From Psammoneis japonica (Eukaryota): a stretch of 53,427 nt of DNA. The DNA is taken from positions 186,001 to 239,427 of the forward strand of contig QPGO01000129.1 in NCBI GenBank assembly GCA_008632985.1. The letters are read 5' to 3'. Positions 23,553 through 37,384 of this stretch are shown piece by piece; positions within the stretch are counted from its first letter, which is position 1, and every line of letters begins with the position of its first letter. The position numbers and the translations under genes were made by a program. The notes below the pieces were generated by a model that saw nothing but the letters and a program-made list of their open reading frames with translations, was not told the DNA's origin and did no database searches.

Positions 23553-25541
23553 CTATCTTGTCTTGTCATGACCGTGTGGCGTCTTTTTGCGCCGCAAGGA
23601 CTTGACCCTTTGAACAAACTTATCTTTGAGAATGCGAAGTTTGTGCTTGGGTGGTGGCTTGTTGTGAAAAGCTCGAGAAACGCGCTCGGATGACTTACGC
23701 AGCAAAAGATTCAGAATCGTCCCCAATATAAAAGCGTACAAAGTGCAAGTCAAGCTGATGGCATTGAATGGCATACTCATGTCAGGAACAGGAGGCATAA
23801 GCAGCAATGGTCCGTTTGAGTACAAGGTATATGGCCGAGCGGACGGCTTACATTCCCTGCCATCTGTTCCAGCTGAAGCTGCTTCCATAATTACTGCGTG
23901 AGACGGAGGCATTTCAATTCCTCGATTGGGGTCACCCGGGAATTCTTCAAATGACAAGAGCTTGGGGTTGTAGTCAAGTGAAGCCGTTACACGTGAATTC
24001 GGTGGTAGAATCATGTCAAGCTTGACAACAGCAGTTCCGGTTTGGTAGAATGACACGTCGTGATGAACCATCCAACCAACATCCTGTTGGATGGCGGACC
24101 ACACCGACACAGTTTCATCCCTTGCTACATTACCAAAACGGTGTACAACCTGGAATGATTTCCACGAGGGAAGCACAAAGTCGGGTACGATAATCGTAAG
24201 GTTGAAAGCAGTAGATGCAATCTGGCAGTCGTAGTCTTGGTCGGCAGAATGATGAACCTCCGTGATTAGAGTGCCGGTGTTGGAAATCCCTCGTGGCCGT
24301 AGAATTGTTTGGGACAAGCTCCAGCCGTTGTTTGATGAAAGTTGTTGTTCCCGTTCATTAAAGGATGAGGTGATTGGAATCATGAAGTGATCAAATGGAT
24401 CGCTGTCGCTGAGTGGAACAACTTTCCAAGAGTTTGGATTCGGAACCGACTCGCCCATACTTACTATTCTCGTGGATTCGGCAATTGGGCAAGACTTAAA
24501 TTCGATTCTTTGCTGTTGGCTATCCTCTGGAATAAGGCGAGAAAGCGGTATAGATTTGTATAATGCCGCCCTCTCGAGTGTCACACCGTACTGGATTCCC
24601 CGATGCACGTAATGATGAACCGGTGATGTTGAGTCTTCAACGCCAGAGGACTTCAAGTCTATCCATGTAGATCTTGGTACGAGCGAGCTTATCGTTGATG
24701 GGGACGCCCCCAGCAACAGATTCGACATGGAGCTTATAGACATGATGGAGCCCAAGACCCCGGTATTAAAACAACTTTGCGGCGTCAGCGCCGTTTGGAA
24801 TGAGCTCACGCCTTCTGCCGACATGGGACCAATTTCTGTCGGCAAAACTACGCTTGCTTTCCAAATATTAGCGACTTTATTATCTTCTCTCCTTTCAACA
24901 TGGATCCATCGATGTATTCGAGAAGATTCAACTGAATCAAGTGATGCTAAAACGATGCGTCTGTCGGCCAAGTGAGATAGCAGCGAGGTGAATTGGATTC
25001 TCACTTGATCTTCCGAGTGGTCCTCGTCAAGAACAAACCAAGCCATAATAGCAAGACCCGATGGACTTGAATATGGTGAGTTGATATAGCCATAAGGCTG
25101 TTGATAGCATGATGAGTCTTCCCACGAATCAGGGCCGTTGTTGCGTTGATAAGCATCTAACGACGAAGATGTTGAAGATGAAGATGTTTGAATCAAGATA
25201 CGAGACGCCTGGAACCGTTTCAACACTTCTTTTACCGCAGATGGGAACGGCGTTGCCATTGTAATATTATCCTTTCCATTAGAAACTAGGGAAGCTGCAC
25301 GTGTTTCCAGTCTCACTCGAAACGTTGACCAGTGTCTGTCTTCTGTATCCGCAGAAACAACAGATCCTCTCGTAGTGCTCCATACCGGGGACACCACTAC
25401 TCGTTCCTGATAAGAAAACGGGACAGATTTGTCGCACAACGTCATTATGAAGAGAAGAAGATTAGAGGATAGGTACAGTCAATATAGTGTAATGTAAGTC
25501 AGGAACAGCTTTGCTCGTTTCTGCGGCGTCGTTGGCTGCAT
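23553..25541 (-). CDS. PIGT: GPI transamidase component PIG-T/Gpi16
   Basis: EEFPGDPNRG and PVPDMSMPFNAISLTCT followed by a TM helix and basic tail, typical of the Gpi16 C-terminus. The 5' end is uncertain (in-frame TGA at 25479-25481). Confidence 0.8.
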
Positions 25542-25930
25542 CATTGTGAGCTTCGAGATTCCATGTTTTGCTCCATCGAGTTTGCTCACGCGAGCGGCAC
25601 GCCGCACAGACGACTACACTGTAGTGGTTTTGGCCCATTTAGGCCATTCAAGAAGCCCTCATAACCGGTTTGATCATGGTCCCCTCATTTTTTTCTTCGC
25701 GATCTTGCGCCATCACATCTTTCTCAAATTCAACCCTGCTTGTTCAAAGTGATTGATGAGACGCCGTTCCACAGAGAGTAGATAGCTCTTAGCACAGCCT
25801 CATCTATACACTCCCATTTGATTCAAACAATAAGAATATTGTCAACAGAAAAATGAGAAATCACCACAGAATCAAGAAGCAGCACGTTTCAGCTACAAAG
25901 AAAATTACTCATCGCAACAGCAGCCTGACC

Positions 25931-27130
25931 ATGATTCGCAACAAGAATATGGTTTGTGTTGCCTTGATGGCCCTGATTGTCATTTTGTGCGGTGTATCGT
26001 ATTGTGGAGCTGCTGCAGCTACTGGGGCCGTTCCAGCTCATGGTAGCAACAATGGGCCTCTTGGTTTGTTTGTGCAGACGATTCGAGAGGCAAGGCGACA
26101 CTTGGCAGCTGCGGGAGTAGCTCGTTCTATCTCAATCTTTGCAATGTATCCCATCGATACAATCAAGACGAGGATGCAGATGGAACAAGAAGCACCGCTT
26201 CGGGTGGCTGGATTGTACAAGGGTGTTGCTGAGTCCCTCTTTGGGCAAGTGCCGTACGGGTGAGTCGACTTCCGATTGCTCCCAATTGAATGTCCATGAG
26301 CCTGATAACTTATGTCCCTGCACTCTCTGCACCATCTGCTGCTATTTAGAGTCTTGACGTTTGGATCATACGAAATGTATAAAAAGGCCCTACTGAATAG
26401 GTTTCCAAACACAAAGCCTGTCATTCTTTATGCGATTTCTGCCGTCATGGGGGATCTCACTGGTAGCGGATGGTTGTGCCCGTCCGAGGTCGTTAAGCAA
26501 CAACTACAAGCCGGCATGTACGCAAACACTAGGGAAGCGCTATCAACTATATACAAGAACAAGGGAGTACTTGGATTCTATCAAGGGTATTTTGGAGGTA
26601 ATACTGTCAATTTCTCTCCTCTGAAACGTTTACGTCGTGAATGATTCCGTCGTCACTCACACATTCTATTGACTCACACATTCTATTATTGTTATCATCC
26701 AGGTGTCGCTCGCGATGTACCCTTTCGAGTCGCGCAACTCACCTCCTACGAACTCACAAAGAACCTTTATCTACGCAACAAGAAACGCCGATTGGCAAAG
26801 TCAAAAGCAGGGACCAAAGGCGCTACTAGCAGCGACGAGAAACTCGAACTCAGTCCTGTCGATGCAGCATTGTGTGGTGCCATTTCCGGAACTTTTTCAG
26901 CCGCGATCACTTCCCCTCTTGACAGAATCAAAACGCTCCTCATGACGGATTCGACCATGTACGGAGGAACCGTCTGGAAGTGTGCTCAGACAATTTACAA
27001 GACGGAAGGCATCAAAGGTTTTGCCGCTGGATTGGTTCCCCGAGTAACTTACATTGCACCGAGTGTTGTGGTGTTCTTCATTGCGTACGAGCAGGTTCAG
27101 CAGCGGCTGGGAGCAAAACTTGGTGACTAG
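25931..27130 (+). CDS. Mitochondrial carrier family (SLC25) protein, SAM-carrier-like, 2 introns
   Basis: Three PxDxxKxR-type motifs (PIDTIKTR, PSEVVKQQ, PLDRIKTL). GT-AG introns at about 26260-26349 and 26598-26702. Hydrophobic N-terminal extension. Confidence 0.88.
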
Positions 27131-28113
27131 CTCAACAATGCATGATCAACATCGACACGACGACATGCAGCAGCACTACATAATAACAACGGCTATTTAC
27201 TTCTTTTGGAGTAGACTAGAGTAAATGACTCCTGGTCCACCGGTCGTAGCTTTCGAAACTGTTTTCTTGCAAAAATGGATCAAATCCGGGAGTAGTTCTC
27301 TTTCAGCATGCTGCATGCTGGATAAATCATTTCGGGGTTTTACCCTTACGCCGCCGTCTTACAATACTACCTACTGAACCTGACTTGCGATTCTTTTGTG
27401 AGGATCCGATGCTGATTTCGCTTTTACAGCTTCATCCTCGTTTTGAATTTTGATCGAATAAGAGCACAGAGCACACGTGGCCGCAACGGAGACTTCTTAA
27501 GAGGTAGTGAAAGAATGTGGTTGCTTCAAACATAGGTCTATCAGTCGACTCTTTTCTGTCAGTTTCTGCACAGACAAGTATCGTACGGCACGGTAAAACT
27601 GTCCAACATCATTTGGCCTTGATTCTTTAGCCGAAAATTATACGAAGCATTACTATCATTATGTCATCCAACTTCTCCGATTGCCGTAGGCTTCTCGATA
27701 AAAGCCCAGTACCAATGGAATTAATTGTTGTCCAGTGAGAGTATCGTGTGGGAATAAGGACGCTCAGGAGACTCAACGCTCCCATCATTCATTTTGGTTG
27801 AAAGTGTTGCCGAAAGCTATTTTTGCGAGCCCGCAATGGTCACTTTTTGAGAGGCATTCAACGCATCAATTTTGTCGCTCAACCGATCAACCGCCCAACC
27901 CTAAGTACTGTGATAAGTCCTCATTTAAACAAGGACGCGTTTCACGAAAAAAGGCATAAATAATACCTACAATTGTCGTGATACTAAAGGACTTTCCTAC
28001 TGTATGTCTCAACTGACGTTTTACGTGAGGTTTTGTCTCGGATCGCAAAACCCCACAACTCGTGCGGCGCAAGGAGGAAACAACAAAGCAAGGGCAACTG
28101 CTTTGATGGTGTC

Positions 28114-29091
28114 ATGTCGAGTATAGGATCGAGCGACCAGAGAATATGTAAACAGGAAAGGTGTTTAACCGTAGATCAAATCCGGGGAATGAGAATTGAA
28201 GAATCGAGATCGTATGCAACTCGCGGAGTTTGCTACGCTCAAGACGAGAAGCAATCGATTCGTGGCGAACAAGAGTCGGCTATCATTAAAGAACAATGGA
28301 GGTATCAAGTAGCAATGTGGAGCTTTGAAGTGGTAGATCATATCGGTTGTGATCGAGATTTAGTCTCCCTGAGCCTAAACTTCCTAGACCGTTTTGTTGG
28401 TGTCGCTGCGTCATTGGAATCTACCGCTTTATCCAGAAGAGAGTTCCATCTCGCATCAATGACATGCCTATACATGGCGATTAAGATTCACGGAGAGACG
28501 GACGACGTGTTTTGGACTACGCGAAAGGTCGATATCCAGTTCTTTGTCAGTATTTGCAAGGGAGATTTCGCCTGTCATGACTACGTCGAGATGGAGAAAA
28601 GGATTCTGAGAACCTTGGGGTGGCGAATGAACCCGCCAACGTCATCTGTCTTTATCACACTATTTCTATCCCTCTTTCCAGATCAAGAAGATATCACTTT
28701 TGATCGTCAAGGTCGCTCCAACGTCTTGCGCCTTTCTACCTACCTTGTGGAGCTCTCCTCGTGCTGTTCCGTGTTTAATCAGTTTCTTCCTTCAGAGGTT
28801 GCCCATGCTGCAATTCTCTCTTCATTGGAATTACTCCCAGACTTGTTCGACTCCAAGATGAGAGAGAATTTCCTGTACGACATTGAAAGTGCGTCGTACA
28901 TGTCGGCAGATGATGTGAAGAGAGTCCACAAGGCAAAAGTGTTACTCAAGGGCGTCTATGCGTCCACAAATAGACGCCATCATCGAAAATCTCGAGAAGA
29001 AGTTGTAGATGCGAGTTGCTCTTCCGTTTCGCACTCTGAAGTTGACAGGCACGTTTCGCCGGTTCGCGTGTGCGATGGACTTCATGAATAG
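28114..29091 (+). CDS. Cyclin (diatom-specific cyclin type)
   Basis: Cyclin box: WRYQVAMWSFEVVD, LNFLDRF, LASMTCLYMAIKIH, EMEKRILRTLGWRMNPPT. Confidence 0.88.
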   Translation: MSSIGSSDQRICKQERCLTVDQIRGMRIEESRSYATRGVCYAQDEKQSIRGEQESAIIKEQWRYQVAMWSFEVVDHIGCDRDLVSLSLNFLDRFVGVAASLESTALSRREFHLASMTCLYMAIKIHGETDDVFWTTRKVDIQFFVSICKGDFACHDYVEMEKRILRTLGWRMNPPTSSVFITLFLSLFPDQEDITFDRQGRSNVLRLSTYLVELSSCCSVFNQFLPSEVAHAAILSSLELLPDLFDSKMRENFLYDIESASYMSADDVKRVHKAKVLLKGVYASTNRRHHRKSREEVVDASCSSVSHSEVDRHVSPVRVCDGLHE

Positions 29092-29942
29092 GAAAGATGG
29101 CGTGACTCCGAGGCGGCCCTACTAGCATTCGAGATGATTTCATGTACAAAGAGAAGCTTACACTGCGGCTTATCAGTCCAACGACAACGATTTTATACTG
29201 CTTATATAACATGATATAGAGATCTATAGTTTAACTCTTAATCAGCTACTATGGCACTCATTCTAGTCGTTAGCTTCGTTCTCACCCGCAGGAGGTTATG
29301 CTCTAGAGATCATAGCTACTGGCCATAGTCTACACGGTTGCCTTGTGATCGGGACCTTGTATACTCGCTCCTTGTCGCGGTTCGGAACGATTTTCCTTTT
29401 GCCAGATTGTGACATTACTATGCCAATTGCTGTTCGTGGTACCCGTTAGACAGGTGCTCTCTGATCTAACCCAAGCTGAGATGCGTTGTGCGCCAACTCT
29501 TTTTCGAAAGTTTGCTCCCGCGACCAACGCTTTGTTACCATTTTTTCAAATGATTGTATATAAAGTATTATTGGTAATGAATTTTCATTCGTGTGTCCTT
29601 AAGTGGAAGAAGACACATGTATTTTCTATGTGTCAGTTCTACATGATTTCTAAGTATTGATATACGATACGTAGGACTCAGTATGATCCATTCGTATATT
29701 TGAAGTGAAGTTGTTGTTCTTCATCCGACGTGTTCCCTGCTCGCTTCTTGAGCAAAGAAAAATCGCGACGACGCGACCTGGACCACGATGTCAACCTTGA
29801 ACCTGTGCCGGCAAATCATAGAGTATTTTAATAACATCATTCATCATCCGTGTGACGTGAGACGTGAGTTTGGGCGGCTGCATGCTTCAGGAGCTAGCTA
29901 TACCAAGACCGACGTTTGTACAAGGCATTGCATTTGACGGAA

Positions 29943-31737
29943 ATGGTTGTTTCGTCGACGCCTTCCACCAGTTATAGCTCAGCTTCAAATATGGATTTGA
30001 ATGAAAGGTCGTCTTTAGGTGCTTCCTCCTTAATGAGCAAGGCGGCACATGACCAAGCTTCAAAGATCATTGAGCGTACAGCAGTGTTTGACGAAAGCGC
30101 AGAAGCTGAGATTCCGCGCTTTAAACGATCAGGTAAGTTTTGTATAGCAAAAGTTGAGAGATGAAATGGATGAAGTGCATAATACACGCATCAGCTCAAG
30201 TTTTCACATTTCTCACTTCGATTTGTATTTCTTTCCTCCTTTCAGAGATTGCGCTAGGAAGGGTTATTGCACGTGGAGGTAAGAATCTGAATTTTGTGGT
30301 AGGAATGCGAATACTTTTGCTCTAATTGAGTTTCCTAATTCCCATTCCAATTCATCTATTGCATTTCTAGGGTTTTCTGTGGTTCAGGTAAGACGTTAAG
30401 GGGTGTTCGAACCTGCCCGAAGTATCAAAGAGATGGCTGCTTCGTTGATTGAGATCGTGTCTTACATCGTTTTTAATGGTGTCTTAGGAAGTATCTGCCA
30501 TCAAGATCCCAGAACTGAAAAGGTCAGGCGGACACGGTTTTAAGAAACCGGGCAAGAAACAACAAACGTCCAGTTCCCGGGTGAAACAAAAGGGGAGTGC
30601 GAGCCCCACTCCGCTTTCATCAATTAGTGGAGATCACGTTTCCGATGCTCTAGAGGGCACAATGTCTAGAGAAGTGATAGGGAGAAGAGCTGCAGGGAGA
30701 GGTAAAGCCAAGTTTGTCATCAAGTCCCTCCCAAACTCTTCCCGCGGTAATTTTGACGAAGGAACGTATGTCAAGGCAATGGTGGATATATGCATGGAAG
30801 CCAAGTTCTTGGCCAGTCTCTGTCACCCGCACATTGTTCCACTTCGCGGCATGTCTGAAGCAGGGGCCTTTGATTTAGACGGCAGCACAGACAGCCAATT
30901 CTTCTTGCTACTTGATAGACTTCCTCATCTGCTTATGAGCAAAATACGAGAATGGTCAAACACAGATCGAGCATGCCGTGGAGTCACTGGTCGACTTACA
31001 GGAGGAAAAGCAAGAAAGCAAGATCTCTTGGTGGAACGGCTACAAGTGGCGCATGACTTGGCTGATGTTTTAGATTTTCTGCATGGACGAGATCTTGTCT
31101 TTCGAGACTTTGTAAGTTACATTATGAATGAATGCACGGCGGTGGGATTCTCGTTACATGAAATTTCGCAGTCTACACCTCACTCATGTAACTTTCCTGT
31201 TTCTTTGTTCTATAGAAACCGGACAACATTGGGTTCAATAGCCATGGCAAGGTGAATTTGTTTGATTTTGGTTTGTGCCGGCAACTTTGTGCGAGAGATC
31301 GAATCGAGGGGTGCGAAGAAGGCGAGGAAGTGTATCGCATGACTGGATGCACCGGCGCTATTCGATACATGGCCCCAGAGGTGGGACTGGATCAGCCTTA
31401 TGGCAAAAAGATTGACGTGTACTCATTCGGCATGGTTCTTTGGTTCATGATGGCTCTCGAACCTCCCTTTGCTTGCTATACTCCCGACATGCTTCCATCA
31501 CGTGTGTTCGAGAAAGGTCACCGTCCCTTTATAATGGCCGAGTGGTCGACCGAATTGGCAAGGTTGATCAAACGGTGTTGGGACGCACAACCACACAACC
31601 GACCAAGTTTTCAAAGAATTAAGAAAAGTTTGAGAGAGCAAATTCGCTACGTCGCACCTGACGTTGCTCTCATTATGAAGCAAGGAGAGGAGGAAAGCGG
31701 CAGCATATCGATTGACGTATCAAATAAGAGCCAGTAG
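29943..31737 (+). CDS. Protein kinase (TKL-like), 5 exons
   Basis: Exons 29943-30132, 30246-30278, 30371-30387, 30488-31111 and 31215-31737 splice to IARGGFSVVQE...FVIK...FRDFKPDN...DFG...YMAPE...DVYSFG...RPSF. Confidence 0.88.
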
Positions 31738-32000
31738 GTTTCCGCTGAGAAACAGCTGTTCTTTCATGGTCAACTCGCACTCGTCGCACCGTGTCGTCGA
31801 GGGACTGCTAATAGGAAATGAACAAACATCATCCTTGTGGTCAAGGTGCTGCCAACAAGGAACAAACTGCGAACCATGTTGTGAAGCAACTGCTACTTTA
31901 GGAACAAGCAGCGCTAGTCGCCAACACTAGGGCTTAAATGGACTTCTTAACGCTTCACAGATGCATCAATACTATATTTACTTAGTTACATAATGACTGC

Positions 32001-35000
32001 TCAGTCGGCGCATCGGGCCGTTTGTTCGGGAGACATTTCAGAACCGAACTCAAGGAAGCATACGGCGCCTGATGGAGCGGAGGCGGATACTTGGAGCACC
32101 TTGCTTTCTTCCGTGGCCCCTTTCACGACAGCCGAGTCAGCCTCAGACGGAGGGTAGACCTGCCAGAACTTACCGACCTCAGAATCCCAATTACTCAGAA
32201 TTTCGTCTGCTTTCTCGCTTCCTGTATTCTCGTAATGTCTTTCAATCATTGTCTTCAACTGTGCTTCACCCTCCGGAGTCACAACCCGCTGAACCTTTAC
32301 GATTTCCCCGTTCACTTTGCTTTCGAAGCTACCATCATCATCGTAAAAGTAACCGATACCACCAGTCATTCCTGCCCCAACATTCCTGCCGACGCTTCCC
32401 AGCATGACAACTGCACCGCCCGTCATGTATTCACAGCAGTGGTCACCAGCACCTTCCGCAACGGCAAACGCACCGCTATTACGGACGCAAAATCGCTCCC
32501 CGGCACGACCGTTTGCGTGGAAATCACCACCAGTCGCTCCATACAAACAAGCGTTTCCAACAATGCTAGATTCTGAAGCAACAAAGCCTGCGTCGGCGTT
32601 GGGAACAACGACAATTTCTCCTCCGTGCATTCCTTTTCCGACGTAATCGTTCGCTTCACCCGTCAGTCGTACTTTCAGCCCGGGTAGTACATAAGCCCCG
32701 AATGATTGTCCCGCGCTTCCGTCAAATCCAACAGTAATGGTGCCCTTGAACCCGGTATTCCCGTGGGCACGGGCAATGTCGCCTGCAAGCATGGCGCATG
32801 TGCTTCGATCCGTGTTTTTGATATCAAAATTTACGACTGTGTCACCTTCGTTCTTTGCAATGACTTCCTTGATATCTTTATGGTTGGAAAGCTCACGGTC
32901 TAGATCGGAACTAAAGCCATTAACGTGGACAATTTCACCCTTGTCGACTTCCTTACCACCAGCAACGGTGGCCTTGAGGAAAGATCTGTCTTCACTTGTG
33001 TCTGGGATGCCAGCGAAGAACGTTTCAAGGTCTAGCGCTTTTGTCTTGGCAACGCGGTCCTTCTGTTTCTCATTTTCAGTGAATAGATCCGACCGACCGA
33101 CAATGTCATCAAGCGTTTTATACCCAAGATGAGCCAGAAGCTGTCGGACTTCTTCAGCAACAAACTCGAAAAAGTTCACGACATGCTCGGGTGTACCGGG
33201 AAACTTCTTGCGAAGCTCTTCCTTCTGACTTGTTACTCCCACCGGGCAGGTGTTGAGATGGCAAACACGAGCCATCACGCATCCTTCCGCAATCATGGCA
33301 ATTGTTCCAAAACCGAACTCTTCAGCGCCCATCATGGCTGCAATCGCAACATCGCGTCCGGTACGAATTCCGCCATCAACTCGAAGCACAACACGATCAC
33401 GGAGACCATTAGAGAGGAGGGCGGAGTGCGCTTCGCTCAGACCAAGCTCCCACGGGCATCCCGCATGTTTAATTGACGACAACGGAGATGCTCCTGTGCC
33501 GCCGTCTCCTCCAGAAATCTGAATAACGTCAGCATCGGCTTTTGCTACACCACAAGCAACAGTGCCGATGCCAACGGAGGACACAAGCTTGACCGAAACT
33601 CCAGCCTTTTCGTTTACAGCATGCAAATCGTGGACCAACTGGGCAAGATCCTGCGAATGGCAACAACGACAAAAAAAAAAAAGAAAACAGTGAGTCTTGC
33701 GTTATGCATCTTGCGCGACGAGAAGTTGAATTTGTAGCCCACCTCAATACTGTAAATATCGTGGTGAGGAGGTGGTGAGATAAGAGTGACACCAGGCTTA
33801 CTAGCTCGTAGACCGGCAATGTAGTCTGATACCTTCGGTCCGGGAAGCTGTCCTCCCTCTCCTGGCTTCGCTCCCTGCGCCATCTTGATTTCCAACTGCT
33901 TTGCTGTAACCAAGAACTCCGGGGTGACACCAAACCGACCAGACGCAACCTGATGAACAAAAGAATTTGCAGTGTCGCCATTCTTCAGTCCTGCCAGGTG
34001 AGGGAATGTCGGACTGCGCCCTTTCTCATCAACGTCATCGAGAATTTGGCCTCGAATAACATCTTCGCCGCCTTCTCCGGAGTTGGACTTGCCCCCGATA
34101 CGGTTCATTGCAATAGCAAGCGTTTCATGCGCTTCACGACTGAGTGCTCCGAGACTCATGGCTCCAGTGCAAAACCTTTTCATGATTTCAGAGGTGGGCT
34201 CTACTTCCTCAATCGGGATGCTTTCGCGATCCGATTTGAAATCAAGTAAATCCCGAATGTTGGCGAGAGGAGCACTTTCCAGGCTTTTTTGGAAAATTTC
34301 ATAATCCGCCACGCTAGCGGGCTTCACTCCGTCATTCTCGAGCTCGTCTCTATTAGTAGCCGCGCTAACTTTCTTATCTAGCCCAATCGCATTGTGCAAG
34401 AGCTTTGCCAGGTTGGCAGAGTTGACATGGTATTCACCCAGGGCGGGGACAGGCTTGTAGTACCCATAATTGGTGAGCTTTAACTTTGCTTCAGCCACTT
34501 CCGGGCGCATCATGGCAGTTTCCAAGGCAAGATCCTCCAGAGTAATTCCACCGACACGACTCGTAGTGCCCTTGAAACAGCGATTGACAACATCTTCTCC
34601 AATACCGATAGCCTCGAAGATCTGCGCACCAGAATAGGAGGATAGAAGAGAAATTCCCATCTTTGAAAGAATCTTCAACAATCCATTTTCGACTGCGGTT
34701 CTGTAATTATCTTGTGCTTCGGAAAGACTGGCTTGCACAATCTTTCCGGCCTTCATCATTTTCTGAACCTTGGGTTGGCCATGCCATTGCTTGACGGTTT
34801 CCAAAGCAAGGTACGGATGCACCGCACTCGCGCCAAACCCAACTAGACAGGCGAAGTGGTGGGTCGACCAGGCAGCGCCGGTTTCCGAGATGATGCTGGC
34901 TTCCATACGAAGACCTTCCTTGATAAGACGGTGGTGAACAGCACCTACCGCAATGAGTGGTGGGATGTATGTTGTCGAGTCCAAGACTGACTGATCCTCA

Positions 35001-37384
35001 GCAAAATCACTTAGAATAATCACCTCGGCCCCGTTTCGAACGTCCTCCACCGCTTGATTACAAACGGCATCCAGCGCCGCCTCGATGCCTGACGGACCAT
35101 CAGCAAGATCGTATCTTGTGTTCAGCTTAGTTTGTCTAAAGCCACCATTTTCAGGCTTGGAGAACGATGCAATCCGTTCCATTTCTGCCTCGTTCAAAAC
35201 AGGAGATTCAATATGAATCAATCGAGCTCCTTTTTCCGACACTTTGTAGATACTTTCCTTCTTGCCAAGGGTCATTTCCAAAGACATAACAACGCCCTCT
35301 CGAAGTGGATCAATAGGCGGATTAGTCACTTGAGCAAATCGCTGCTTGAAGTAGTTGTAGAGTGGGTGAGGTTTTTCAGAAAGCACTGCAATGGGAGCAT
35401 CGTCGCCCATGGAGTAGGTTGTCTCCTTAGCAGCACCAGCCATATCTGCAATCTGCATTCCAATATCCTCGAGACCCCAACCAAAAGTGGCTTGAGCAAA
35501 AGTTGCCGTAGAATCATCGTACACCCGATCCCCCGGGAACTCAAGTTTGTCCACGTCCTTGCGCTGGTTAGCAATCCATTCTCCGTAAGGATGACCTAGC
35601 ATAAGCAAAGAAAACAAAACGTTAGAGAGCGGTTGCAATCGTATCGAGAGGCGTTTGTCTTCAAATTGACTTACGGGAGGCAATTTCACTCTTTATTTGA
35701 ATGTTGTCTTTGAATTCACCGCTAACCAAATCCACGTTGATCATTTGTCCTGGTCCAAGACGACCCTTCTGAACAATGTCTTCTTCGTCCAAATCAGGAA
35801 TGACACCAGTTTCGCTCATGAGAAAGACTGATCCGTCCTTTGTAATGGAGTATCGCGCTGGGCGAAGACCGTTTCTGTCAAGGGATGCCCCAATTGACTT
35901 GCCGTCACTGAATACCAAGAGGGCGGGTCCGTCCCATGCTTCCAAGAGCCCACCATGAAATTTATAAAAGTCGGTAATTTCAGGATGGTCTTCAAGGTCA
36001 GGTGAATCTTTGTAAGCCGTCGGCACCAACGCCATTAGAGCGCAAGGAGCGCGATGCCGTGATTGACACATGAGTTCAAAGACTCCATCTAGATTGGCCG
36101 AGTCGGAACGACCTAGATCCACCAATGGTTCCAAAACACTGGGAATATCCTGAGTATTGCACATGGTGACAATATTCTCTGTTGTGTCGTAGTCAACAAG
36201 GTCACCCACGTCGGCGGCAGCAACACCCTTGGCAGCCTCGCGTGCCTTGATCCAATTCACGTTGCCCAAGAGGGTGTTGATTTCACCATTGTGTCCCAAG
36301 ACACGCATCGGTTGCGCCAACGGCCAACGAGGATTCGTATTGGTAGAAAAGCGACGGTGGTAAATGGCAAACTTTGTAGTGTATTTTTCGTCCGTCAGAT
36401 CCTTGTAGAACTGCGGCAAGACGGAGGACTGAACCATGCCCTTGTAGACGATTGTACGGGAAGAGAAACTGGCAACGTATGCTTCGCCATCACCGTCGTC
36501 CCAAACCAAGTTCTTGTTTCTACGTTCCACATCAAACCTCCTCCGCACCAAATAGAGTGTGCGCTCAAAGCCATCACGCATTGCGTCGTCATTTGACAAG
36601 CGCTCTGGTGCCTTGACAAAGAACTGCCAAATAGAAGGGACGGCACTACGAGCCATTGGCCCCAATACAGAGGGATCAACAGGTACTTCGCGCCATCCTA
36701 AGAAATCTAATTCATTTGCAGCACAGACGCTCTCGATAACTTCTTTGACGGCATTGCGTCTTTCTTCGTTTCGTGGCAGAAACACCATACCGACGCCAGG
36801 TTGAGGACAGGACTCGGATCGGTACTCGTCGAATAGTTTCCATGGAATTTGTGTCATGATTCCGGCTCCATCACCGGATTCTCCATCGCCACCGCATGCA
36901 CCACGATGTTCCATACAGGTCAGTGCTGAAAGGCCTTGCTGCAATACTTTATGTGTACCAAATTCTTCTGCGGTTCGACATACACGACAGAAACGACGAC
37001 CGGGATGAGAAAACATCTCCATACGAGTTAGCTAACATACAATTACCGAACTATAGGTGCGTATCACTACGAAATCCGAAACTACAGCTACGCACCTCCT
37101 GATTGAGTATTGGCAATAAAACCGACACCACAGGCATCACGTTCTTTCGTAAGAGCCATGGGTCCGTCAAACATGGTCGATTGCTCTTGATTGACTTGCT
37201 GTGAGACCATATTCAGTGTTGTGAAGGAGCTATCACTTGACCATCTTGCAGTGGAGCCAGAGTCGCCCAGTGTCGCCTTGTTGTGTTGAACTTTATGAAC
37301 GAATGAACTCTTCTTTAGGCCTGAAGGAACAAATGCAAACGCGATTGGCGCAGCTGCCGCAACCACCGCCACTGCGAACCTCAT
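32001..37384 (-). CDS. glsF: Ferredoxin-dependent glutamate synthase (Fd-GOGAT), plastid-targeted, 3 introns
   Basis: ERDACGVGF (N-terminal catalytic Cys), HRRFSTNT, HNGEINT, KMAQGAKPGEGG, 3Fe-4S motif CVMARVCHLNTCP, GXGXG domain, no fused beta subunit. Signal peptide ends IAFAFVP. Introns near 36968-37095, 35597-35672 and 33651-33742. Confidence 0.95.

Noticed and set aside
30401..30420. B-box-like GTTCGAACC
   Set aside because: It is isolated inside a kinase intron with no A box or tRNA structure.
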